From Laetmonice hystrix (Eukaryota): a stretch of 64,000 nucleotides of DNA. How positions within the stretch are numbered: the first letter of the stretch is position 1; the number at the start of each line of letters is the position of its first letter. The stretch spans positions 6,882,001-6,946,000 of the forward strand of contig OZ249452.1 of assembly GCA_965235115.1 (NCBI GenBank), written 5' to 3'. The translations under genes and the position numbers were made by a program. This document shows, in pieces, positions 1 through 12,400 of this stretch. The notes beneath the pieces are model-generated. The model was not told the DNA's origin and ran no database searches. It saw only the letters and a list, made by a program, of their open reading frames with translations.

Positions 1-3000
1 CTGAAGTTTTGGATTTTATGTCGTGTATATTATCAGTGACTGTTTTTTGGAAATCCCCGGCAAGCTTAAAGATCTCATCTGAATTTTAGAGGCGTGCTGT
101 TTTCGGATTGGCGTAATTCTGTTGACCTTACTTGATATACGATACATCGGCATAATGCAGCAGTATTATAGGTATTATCAATATCAGGTATGCTAACGCA
201 CACCATAAATAATTTTTGGTGTGTGATCGCGGGCAAGGTTGAATTTTTTGTTTTTCGAAAGGCTCACTGTTTTACGGAATTTTCTAACGAAATCATATAA
301 CTAAAAGTCCTTCACCCTTTCCCCCATCTCCACTTCCAAGGCGACCCATGACCTGTGTACTATTTATAGAACAGCATTTTATGATTGTTCATTTTTTTTT
401 TCATCCAACATTTTTCGCTGCCATTAATTTGGGACCAAGAAACAGCATTATGAAAAGTCCACGAATGGCTTTTCACTCTGAAAAAAATTTAATTAAAAAA
501 AATGCAAAGAAAAAAGTTATTTGTTTGCAAATGCTGCAGTATTGGAGAAGTTTTCGGAACCGGGGTTGTCTCGCCCACGCGGATGTGATTCGAAGAACGG
601 CGATGTTTTTGTGATGCTAATTGTTGCCAATAAACATCGCAAGTGTATTATAGACACGGCATTAGTTCAGTGTATAAACCTTCAAATCTTGCTGCAAGGG
701 TGTACGTATTCTCAGATGTAGCGATTTTCTATGTGATCATGTATGTAAAAGCACCAACGTCAAAGCAGTTAGCTGTGTGAAGTATTGTAGATATTGGACT
801 CGTTTGCACTGTTCTCACTAGGTGGCGCCGGAAGCTAGCTTTCTCATAGGCCCCGGACTCATCAGTCATGAGAGTACATTTATGTGACGTCACAGATTAC
901 GTTATCTGTCGACGCCATCATCATATTTATCATTCTCATCATATCATTATCACTGATCAAGCATTAAGTTGTCGTTATAATTCACTAACATGTTAACTGT
1001 TATTAAAACTAAAATGTTGCTGACCATCAGTAAGGCATCGATGTATAGTGTCCGTTGGGAATATCCAAAGTTGGGCATCGCTCGATGCTCCCAACTAGTT
1101 TACGGACTTGTAAATAAACTTCTTTATGTCTCTGCATTCTATAAAAGTAAGAAATTTGAAAAACCCCTTCATGTTTTGGCCATAATTTATAGTCTCTGTG
1201 CTTTGTGTTTACGTATTCTTTTTGCAAGTTCGTGATGGAATTGACCGATCGTGCAGGACAGTTAGCACTCTATTTTTTCTTCCATTATATATTATAGACT
1301 CGCTTCATAATAGTCTTTCCATGTAAATGACGTATCGTCAGGTGCACCAGTGATGGTATCAGAGACAGATAAGGAGTTGTAGTAATTTTTGTGTCCGAGG
1401 AAGACAAAATGCAATATATTTATGTCGGAAAAGGATAAGTGTGACCATTTTTGTGCTGTGTACAAAAGAAACTTGGAAAGTTTCGTGGTTCATCACTGAT
1501 CATTATAAAAAAAACTTCACATTTTACTGTGCTTGTATTCTATGACATTCGAGGGAACATCCCATAATATTGAAGCTATGTATAGTTATAATTTTGGAAA
1601 AGTTTCGGGAAGTTGAAGAAAAGGAAGGATGCTGTAAAAATGTGCCCCAGGTGAACGACTGAAAAATTCAATGTCTCAGGAGTTGTCCCTGGGTTATAGA
1701 AACTATAAGCAACCCAACCATGATACTGTGAACAGACCAATTAAAATTCCCCTAAGTCGGTTTTAATTTCAAATTCTCCAACATTCACATTACCCTTTAC
1801 ATGTATTTAGATATTTAAAAAAATATATTTCATGATATTTTTGTGGCCATATGTTCTAGCACCTGTGTAGGACTAGAACGTTTATGGATTTTCCTTTTAG
1901 AAGTGTTTGAAGTTCCTTGTCCCACATAAACAGGTCAAGGTGGAGGGGGCAGTACATGATTATGATATAAGTGAGCAAGTGGTGATTACAGCTGTGTATA
2001 ATTGTGACAAAGTGAGTGACTGAATATTCTGGATGTGAGTTAACAATACATGAGCGACTTACGAATTCATAAAATAAGAAAAAGAAAAAAAAGACACGTA
2101 GACCACAAAGAGACTAAGAAATCCCAGGTACAAAATGTAATTTTTATTGTTGGGATGAATGAACTATTTCTTAATGAGCAAGTACCGAAATGGTGCAGGG
2201 TTTTCTTGTATGTACCAGTAGGCGCCAAAGGCGATGGGGTTCATTTTGTTTTTATGGTCAATATCTGTAATTTATTATAAATCTCTTCTTGTAAAGCGTC
2301 AGAGAAGAAGAAATGAAATGTTGACCTAACATTTACAAAAAGCATTGAAGTGTTGCTGTTTTCTGTTACCGCGCAGGGGGCCAATCCAGAATATAAAAAA
2401 TAGGGGCATTTATTTGGAACTTCCCTATTCCCATAATCGGTTGGGTAATACATATGGTTAATAATAATTTTACTTGACTTGACCCATGTTTTTATGTCCC
2501 TTTGTATGAAAGTTCTGGAGGCGAACATTCCAATGACTCCAATATCACGACGTAAAAGACTGCTGAAGCAAATACAGCGCCACCTGTCGATTCTAATTTG
2601 TCTAACTAGGCCGCGCGGCACCGTCGGATCCCCAACTACGCCACCTTTCGAGACAAGTTGGAAATAATCAAACGAAAATGTCTTTTAGTGTTTTCAGAGT
2701 GAAGTGCCGAATTATGGGGTCAATTCATGAAAGTCAACAAGAGAAAACTTTAACTGGGCTTGATATTTGTGATAAAACTTTCTCAAGATCTTACAATATA
2801 AATACATGTATGATATTTAAACATAGTGGACGCGTCTGTTAGAGAACGGACCAGGCTACTCGGGTCGACCACAGAGCCACCAAGCGAGGGAGCCGGGAAC
2901 CAGCTTATCATTTAATCTCCTCTCGAGAGGTGGCGCTGTATTTGGCCACTGGGCTGGGCCAGGTATTTAATGCATGCAAGATTCAAGAGGTGGCGCTGCA

Positions 3001-3253
3001 TTCGCCTAACAAGGCGTAATCGCGCGTAATCAGTGACTATCAAGGCAGCCGAATATCTTGTGGTTTTCATGGTTCCTTTGAGTGTATCTTTATTTAGATA
3101 CACTCTGAGCAGTCGTACTATAAAGGATTTTGCAACGGGGGTGGGGAGTAGTAGGGTGGCGGCTTAAGCCCCGAAAGCCCCCCCCCCCCCCCGCTGGATT
3201 CGCCACTGATAGGCCTAAGTGAAAAAACGACACAGCCTCCCTCGACGATAGTT

Positions 3254-3435
3254 TCAGTCCTCGGTGTCGCCCGTGTAAGTAACGTTCTCGTAGACGAGTT
3301 GCGTTCTTTCGTCGTCCGCACTCGACCGACACGACCCGACGTAACGACGGCTCACGACCAACACGACCACTGCGATCAGGGCGACTCCAACAAGTGTCCC
3401 CAGAACTATTCCCGTAATCTGACCACCAGATAAAC
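3254..3435 (-). CDS. Terminal exon: TM helix + 31-aa cytoplasmic tail
   Basis: GLSGGQITGIVLGTLVGVALIAVVVLVVS-RRYVGSCRSSADDERTQLVYENVTYTGDTED*; polypyrimidine+AG acceptor in phase 1; basic stop-transfer RR. Not present in the supplied ORF track. Confidence 0.9.
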
Positions 3436-6400
3436 CTTGAACGATTTAAAAAAACGTGTCTTATCATTGAAGGAAGTAGACATCTACAGGGTCCTCCTGG
3501 AAAACCGCCTAGAAGTGCAGTCCTCTAGCCTACACATCGTTGACCCTCGCCTGATTTAGGAAATCGGATTTAGATTTGGGGTTTAGACCAGTCTATGCCG
3601 ATCGAAGTAGCTTTTCACAGCTAATTTGGTGCGTTTCTCATCTATCGTTATCCTGTCGTGCGTTAAAATCCCCATTGAAAATACATTAGAGTTAACGATA
3701 CGACAAGCTATCGATATGATGAGAAACACCCCAGTGGTGCATAGGCTACTACCGGACGACAGGGAAAAAAACACTGGTCAACACAGCAACCAAAGCCACC
3801 GTTTTCCAGTTTAGGCTACTGACTCTTTACCTGTTTGTGGCTCCCTCTCCGACTGTGTAGAGGATATAATGGAAGATGACGACCCTGACGTCGGTCGAGA
3901 TGACGGTGAAAGGCTGGCTGTGGAAGTCGAAGGCTGGGTCGGTGAAGTCGAAGGCTGGGTCGGTGAGGTCGAAGGCTGGGTCGGTGAGGTCGAAGGTTGG
4001 GTCGGTGAGGTCGAAGGCTGGGTTGGTGAGGTCGACGACTCGATTGTAGGCCTACTTGTTGATGGAGGAGTTGGAACGGTCGACGGAGTGGTCAAAAGAG
4101 TCGATGTCGGTGTTGATGATTGGGTCGATGGTGTTGATGAACGGGTTGATGAGGATGATGCGCTAGATGATGGTGGAACTGATGGGGGCGTGGTAGAGGG
4201 CGCAGCAGTCGACGAGAGCGTTCCTTCGGACGGTGACGTGACGTCAGACGCGGATGTCGTCATTAATGACGTAGTGGGCATGGGCGGTTGCTCTGTAACG
4301 GACGAAAAACTATCCTAGCACCATTGAAAACCTAGAAACGTCTCTCAGGCCTATCTGTTGAAAAAAATATAATGGGGGATACTGTCCCGGTGGGATATTG
4401 AACAGGGGGATACTGTCCTAAAGAGTATCCTACCATCATCCCTGAGGTTATCCACAGTAAACATCCACGAGGCCGAGTTTCCTGTCACCGTCCCAGCGCT
4501 ACACGCCGTAAAATCCGGGATGCTGGGGTCACGAAAGGTCAGAAATATGGCCTCCGTCAGATTCTCCCCACTTCCGACATTCAACGTCTGCAACGATTTT
4601 CCAGCCCATTTTCATTTTCACATAAAATAGTTTGCTGTCCTTTATTCTTCAAAAGATTACAACGTTTAAAGTATAATAATCTCGTAATTAAAACATTAAT
4701 GAAATCGGAGGAGCAGGAGCAGAAAGAGAAGGAGACGTAGAAGAAAGAGACGTAGGAGACGTAGAAGGAGACGTAGAAGAGGGAGACGTAGAACAAGGAG
4801 ACGTAGAAGGAGAACCAGAAGGAGACACAGAAGAAGACGCAGAAGGAGACGCAGAAGAAGATGCAGAAGAAGATGCAGAAGGAGACGTAGAAGGAGACGT
4901 AGAAGGAGACGTAGAAGGAGACGTAGAAGGAGACGTAGAAGAAGTAGACATTGAAGAGGACGTAGAGGAAGGAGACATATAGAAGTGGACGTAGAGGGAG
5001 GGAGACGTAGAGGGAGGCGTAGAAGGAGGCGTAGAAGGAGACGTAGAAGGAGACGTGGAAGGAGGCGTAGAAGGAGACGCCGAAGGAGACGTAGAAGAAG
5101 ACGTAGAAGAAGGAGATACAGGAGAAGCACAACGACATTGAAAAAAGCAATAGGCAGACGTACATTTTCCACCCATGTGATCCAAAATGGCCGGTATTCG
5201 GACACAGACAGCATACCGTTCGTGCTGTTTTCGGCGACGACCGCTCCTGACATTCGATCCTTGATGTACGAGTTACCATCCTGAGTGCCCAGATGTATTT
5301 CGTAGGCGAGTGGAACATTTTCTCCACCAGGAATGTAACTCAAGTAGACAGACGCGTCATGAGCCGTCATGACGTGGAAAATCACGTGATTTACGTCCAT
5401 GACGCTAAAGTAGCCGCCCTGTGATTGATCATTCCCATTTGTCGTCATCATAATGGTGTCACCTAACAAATGGGACAGTCAATGTGCAATTTGTCTTACT
5501 ACAAAGACTAGAATCGAAAAATGGTGCCAATTTTAAGAATACAAAATAATTATAAGAAAAACAACAAAAGCGAAAAAGTGAAAACGTCTTTTTCTTTATG
5601 AAAACGGCGGCATGGAGGCCTATATTTTGGTGTGACAGCGACTTGAAATCACCACTCTAGAACAAAGCCAGCGCATATCAAAATGATTATACCCTAATTT
5701 GGGCTCATACAGAATATGTGTTACGATTGAGCTTTGTTCTGTTGTGACCTGCTGGATAACTCCTTTATGCCCATTTACCCTTCATGGGTAAGCCTATACT
5801 GTACCTTCACTGAGATCTATTTCCCAGTCCCCTGCACAGTTGAACCAGGTACCAATGGAGATGATACCGATGTTTATAATTGGTGTTGGATCATGGAATT
5901 CAAGCATTGTTTTCCGACCCGGGAGGTCCTGTCCCGCCGTTATCAGACCGGCCTGCCACCGCACCCATACTGGTGTGTACCTATAGGAGGTTTCATGTTT
6001 ACAAACATGTGACGTCATTTCACACATGCGCAGTGCACTGGCTGGCAAGAAACACATGACAGCTGTTCTTTCATAGTGTTTATATGGAGCAGAGAGCAGA
6101 GAGACAAAATGCATATTTTTCCCTCGTACCGTTGAAGCCAAGGCCTTGCCCTCAATAATAATTTGCTTCCGGCGCCGTTGGGTAGGGGAACCGAGGATTT
6201 GGAAGGGGGAGTCCAAGGAAGAAATCTTAGAAAAGAGGGCTCCAAGATTATTGATTAGTAGAAAGAAAAGTTTTGTAAGCAAAGTCCTTCCTCATTGATG
6301 GCAGCAAAACCCCAAGTCCCCAGTCTTGTCAGTGTTGACGAGATTCAATACAACCAGGGGCTCTGGGGGTGGGTGGATGGGGGGCATGCCCCCGCCTTTG

Positions 6401-9400
6401 GTAGCGTTCTGAAAAGGAAAAAGCCCCTGGACATCAGGCCTACGGTGCTACCTCGATCTGGGGAAGGGGCGGTCAAAGAGCTCTGACTTGTTCCCACCCC
6501 CAACCCCCACTTTGATATAAGTAGCGGCGCCCCTGGCAACTGCATGACAAATGGAAAAAATAGAATATTACAATAATACGCATACGCCTCCTTGCCATAC
6601 ACACCCCACACACGTTTTAGACTAGACTCTACCTGCTTGCTTTGGTGTCAGGCAAAGATATGCCTAACACTGATAGCCTACCTTGAAGTCGACAAGAAGG
6701 AAGGTGTATCTTTGGTGTCCCCAACTTTCGGACCACGCCGAATCTCACATCTCGTGTTATCGTAAGACCCAAACACGACTTCGTATTTGCTCTGCTCGGA
6801 AGGAGAAGTCGATATGAGCGCGACGTGAGCGTCTCCACATGAACGAACGCGGAACGAGAACGTGACGTCACTAGGATCACGTGGTCTGATACGGAGCCGG
6901 TTGTAATCGTGGGTTTTGGGGGAATGTTCGTTGAGAACTTTGCCTGTCAAGTAGGACATGGTTATACATTGTATCTAGATCTATCTTTATTCTACAGAAT
7001 ATATAACATTTTGATCTCTGTCTGTCTCTGTCTGTCTCTGTCTGTCTCTGTCTCTCTCCCTGTCTTGCTTTCCCTATCTCTCCCTGTCTCTATCTCTCTA
7101 TCTCTCTCTATCTCTCTGTTGCTATCTCTCTCTCTCTGTTGCTATCTCTCTCCCTCCCTCCCTCCCTCTCTCTCTCTCCTCTCTCTCTCTCCTCTCTCTC
7201 CTCCACTTATTTAAGTATACACACTGACCAGTCATTTGCACGAATTCCCAACTTCCGGAAGAGGATGAGTTTGAATAAGGTCCGGTCGCTAAACCCACTG
7301 CACTGATGTCGTGCAGCATTTCATCGTACCTATGTGAAACATAGTAAGGCCTACAAATAAGCGTGTCTTTATCTACTCAAAACGTTAACACACTGCCTCT
7401 ATCACATGCAACTAGAGTGAAAACAAAACAGATCGAAATGGAAATCCATAGACAGAAGGGCCTTTGTATAGAAAATATACCCGGTAGATTTATTTACGTT
7501 AAAATGACGTTGATGCCGATAATGCCTCCTTTTCCGACCGCCAGGTGGCCAGGGTTCCACGTTACCCAGAATGTCCGGAAGTGACGACATTTCAGAACGC
7601 CGGGCGTCGAATTGGCCGCCAGAGGTCGCCCTCCAATACTGTCCAACACAACCGTGCTGCAAAACGATAGACGTAACAGTGCCATTCTGAATATTTTGTG
7701 GGTTGCAGGGGCGGATCCAGCTTTTTCCGTTAGGGGGGGGTTCAAGGTGTTTAGGGGTAACACAGACGTGACTGTACGAGCCCCGAAGGCGCGAAGTCTG
7801 CAAGCGCCGAAGGCGCGAAGCCTTCCTAGGGGGGTGCGGGGGCATGCCCCCCCCGGAAAATTTTGAAATTCAAGGTGTAATTTGTTGCAATCCGATGCAT
7901 TTTGGAGCACAAAAAAAGCTATTCAATGACCAATGTGACCAAGGGCAAAAGGGCCTCCTCAAGTCCAACAGCATCTTTGGCTATATAGCATGAAATCATG
8001 CCGACCGTAGCGAGGCAAAAATCTTGCAACTGAAAGAAAAAAAACTTCTAAATTATAATGTTAAGTTAAAATTTGTGTATCTGCAAAATTTTAGGGGGGT
8101 TCGAACCCCCTGACCCCCCCCCTGGATCCGCCAGTGGGTTGGGCTGGGGTCGTTTAGCGCTAGCAAGCTCGAGGATTCTTTGACTGTTATCAAATGGTCC
8201 GCCCCTTACTACATACCGTGTGTTTCCTTCTGAGCCAATCACAAGCTCTGAATTCATGACGTTTGGGTTGCCAAGGATACCAGCCAAAGACAACCGCGTG
8301 GTATGGCATGCTTTCACCCGGAACACGATGCTAGATCTCCCAGTAACTGCCATCCATTGGCTGCCATATTTTCCGTCGCCAGGTGTCACTAGTGTCAGTA
8401 TCTTCTCTGAAGAAGACGCCAGTGGAATCTGTCATTTCTAAATTATTATTCCAGGGACACCCAGAGTGAACTCTTTTCAATCGGAAAACATTATGGGGTC
8501 CCCTCAAAAGGTCGTTTTGGGTGACAGATCAAATTATTTGTTAATCGCTTTAAGTAAAAGCGCGAGGCCTTATAAGGTTGAACTGAATAAAGATTGCTTG
8601 CAATCATAGTGTCTAGTTTATACGAAAATTCTCTTTATTACGTCATTATGGGAGCAGCGGTCCAACTGGGGAATAGCTGACACGCAAAGAGTGTGTTATA
8701 CCTTGACCTTGCACAACCCTCCACTCTGCTGAACTCTCCTGTTGGGAGGCGAAACCAAACGCTCTGACCACATGTATTCCTTCCGGTCTGGTCACATGGA
8801 GGAAACTTCCGGTTGATGACTGCTTACTCTCTCCGATAGCAATGCTGTGCTCATTCCATGATATCCAGAAGTACTTCAAGATGTCACAGTCCAGTAAACC
8901 ACCCTGCGAAGTCCAGTCCAATTCCGTATTCTGCAGACACAAAAAGGCAATTTTGCAGTGGTGTAGAAAGGAAAAAATATTGGGGGGGGGGGGGGTAGAA
9001 GTGACGTCACAATGACTTACGCCAATGGCTTTGCATTGAGCCTGCGTCCATTTGATAAATATTGGGGGGGGGGCCCCTCTGCCCCAAGGTTCCTACGCCA
9101 CTGCTTTGTAACCCTCCTTCAAATATTTATATCCATGAACTTTAATAGAGGTATAAAGAAACAGTACTCTTGCACTTCACAATAACAATATCGACGTTGC
9201 TTATGATGTTATCTTTTTTATCGGAAATACCCCCACTTCCACTTTACCGCTTTTGATCAATGTTGATTAAACAATATTATTTATCTACGCAGTAAAATAA
9301 TTTATGATTACGTATCTTTTCATCCTAATCTGATTAGCGGGTTATTAAAGATGAACCTTTTCGAAAATGGCCGCTCTGGTGTTGTTGAGACCCCCTAACA

Positions 9401-12400
9401 CCACCCTGAATCCAACGTCTGTTTGTTGTGGGACGCTCGTCACCCAGATTACGGCGTCCCGACATGACTGGACAGAAAACTCGAATTGCGTGGAAGCCGG
9501 AACGAACCAACCAGCTACTGGAATACGAGAGTCTCCAGTCCTGATGAAGATGTCGTTACCTTCAACATGCAAGACAGGCAAAATTCAGGTTCAGGAATAA
9601 TGAAGGGAAAATCTTGGAGCATCTTCATATAGACTCCTTCATCTTTAGGTTAATATAAGGTGAGCTTTATCAAGCAGGGTGGGTGTTTTAGGGGTGGGAT
9701 GTTTGAAATGCGATTGGGGGAGGGGGGGCAATTTCAGCCTTTTTGTTTTGTTGGTGGTTCGAAAATTTCGAAGGTTAGAAGCTTTTCGCAAAAGGCGGTT
9801 CAGCCCCCCTCCCTCTTACAGTCATGGCTCACCTACGCTGTGTTGAAACCGCCAGGTGGCGTTGCTTGTCGCTCCGAAAGACACAGCGTTCACCTGGATA
9901 GTGGGCCCACCAGCTGTGGTTCCTTTGAGTAAAACATTGGGCCCAGCAATGGGCCCTTCTCCGACCTAATGAAAGAAAGTGTCTCATCATCTAGGCCTAC
10001 TGTAAACCGCAGTATTTTTGTATTCCCTGGATTTTACGACTTTATGAAGCTGTGAGGTTTGTAACATACAGCTAAGTTATATCAAATATATCATCCAAGA
10101 ATAACTTTTTGCAATTCAAGAACTGGTCGGATCAATTTTGGGGAGGGGAGGGCGGTTTCAGGAGGTCTAGTCTCGATGGGGTCAACTGTCAGAGGAGGGG
10201 GTTCTAATACTGTATTTTTACTTGATCATTTTGACCCCCCCCTTTTGCCTAGCTTTCCCCTTTCGAAAACTCTAGATAAAATCCTGAAAATATGCCGGTG
10301 TAGATCTAGGTGAAGAGAAGGTACTTGCTTCAAACGTGTCTTGGGACCACTGACACCATATGTAAACAAATCGGCGATCGTCCAGAAGGTCACGTGATTC
10401 CGATTTCGCGAGTATACGATTGGCACCCTCTATATTGATTTCCATTAACGTGGACACGCTGTTGGAGAGCCCCAGCACATATCGGGCTAAAGTAGCGACA
10501 CCTGGCGTTGATGTGAAGATCACCTGGACGTCATCAGATGACCTTACGCTGAAGGTGACCTTGTCATGACCTTGGACCGTATACCACAGGTCTTTGAAAC
10601 TAGACTCTTGCGTCATGGGATACTCCGCCATTGGTACTGAAGAGGTCGGCAAAATGATAAGTTAAATCACCATAACACCATATTCTTCTTAAAAGGTTAT
10701 AATGAGAAACGTAGTTTCGAAGGCATTATCAATTAAAAACCTCCTATTAATATTTTCACAAAGACAGTGACAAGACAAGACAGTGCGGATACTATGGAAG
10801 AGAAGATGATGTCCCGTCCATGATGTTTTCAAAAGTTCAGCCCATATGTTGTTAAGTTTTGCATCAATGACAAAGTCACAGACCTGACAAGCTGTCAAAC
10901 GACCAATCGACTGTTCTGTCTCCCTCCGTCCCAAACCCAGCACCGTGAGCCTCAATAGAGTGGAAATCCACCCACTTCAGAATTTGAGCACCAGAGGGAC
11001 CTCCAAAAGCCAATGACAGCTCATTTTGTTTCCAACCGACCCAAAAATGGCGGGACTGACTACAATCGAGAATATCCGGAGTGTCCTGTATTAAAATACA
11101 ACGGTCAGGAAAAAGGTTTGGCCATTTTTAAAGATGACAGTGAACTAATCAAATAAAACTTCAAAGTACTTCAATTTGTGGAGACTGTAATTATTACAAA
11201 GTCTCACCCCCTAAATTGTCTGACGGCGTTGTGCAGAGTTTCTGTATGAACCAGAAAGTACAGAAAGTTTTGCTGATAGAACCCTGCATTGAAGTCTTTT
11301 AAAGAAAACGGTTGCACACAATAACTGCTTTAACCCACACAATCTATCCGGTGGGGTTAGGCTTGGCGGGTTATCCCTTACCATTGCGAATACAGGCAAA
11401 CCATCCTTCCACACTCGAGTTTCAGTATTTCCATTGGCGCCCAAAACGAGTCGGTATGTGGGTTCATTATCCGTAACTAACCGCCACAGCGTCACGTGAC
11501 CTTCACTGCAGCCCCGCACAGTAAACGTCACGAATTGATTGTCCAAGAACAACCGGAATTTGGAGTGCCTGTTTCCGGTTGTTTGAAGGTGATATTCGTC
11601 CGCTGACAGTAACCAGGAAAATAGTTTACGTGGACGACTTTATGTTATATATACTGAAAATATTACCTACTATCTAATGGACAAAAATGTATGAAAGACA
11701 GAAATAGAGGTTTGTAATTACGTAAATAAGAGGTCATTTGCCATTCTGCCGTTCCCGTAAGTACAACTTGGTGAGCTGTACTCGGTTCAGTATCAAAATA
11801 CGTCACAACACGGTCCTGCTCGATCACGTGACCACGTCCGAACGAAATCCGAGACTTTGACCATGTGACCCAAAATGGCCGGAAATAAGTTCCAGAAAGG
11901 ATCCCACGTGTCGGGACAGACGATACTATCCGCTGTCCCCTAACGGAGAACAAAATCATATAAAAATCAAAATTAGGTTCCATAGTTTTGTCTTCGTAGA
12001 AGAAGCCATAGTGAAACTGTATAAATAGAGGAGGCGCCGGGACGACTATAAGAGGCTGTAAAATTTTAAAAAGGCGGTCTCAATACTAAACTGGTCAAAA
12101 TCAGAGGAAGCGGCAAAACGGTATACAGGAATAAATTCTGATTATTCGCACAATGTCGTACTTTTTAATGCTGGTGTACGTGTTGTTATCAGCTCCAACA
12201 ATAATTTCATAGATCAGCTTATGGTAGCTACCATACAGCTGAATCCGAGCCTCCCATTTTGATCGGATTTCAACCACAAAGTTCGATTCTTTCACCGTGT
12301 AATACAGCGCGTTGGTTATGTTGTTGATTTCTGTAGACAAGTATGTAGAAGCTCCTGGAAGAATTTGAGGATGTTAATGTAAGAACAATGTTTTTATAAG

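Noticed and set aside
2241-2621. 126-aa minus-strand ORF downstream of the gene
   Set aside because: No recognisable motif or splice support; probably 3' UTR or intergenic
3583-3774. ORF with a mildly hydrophobic segment as the TM exon
   Set aside because: No phase-1 acceptor; the exon at 3254-3435 fits phase and topology far better
4581-5327. Long ORFs over the 12-bp repeat (248, 165 and 99 aa)
   Set aside because: Open only because the repeat lacks stops; D24 splices cleanly across it
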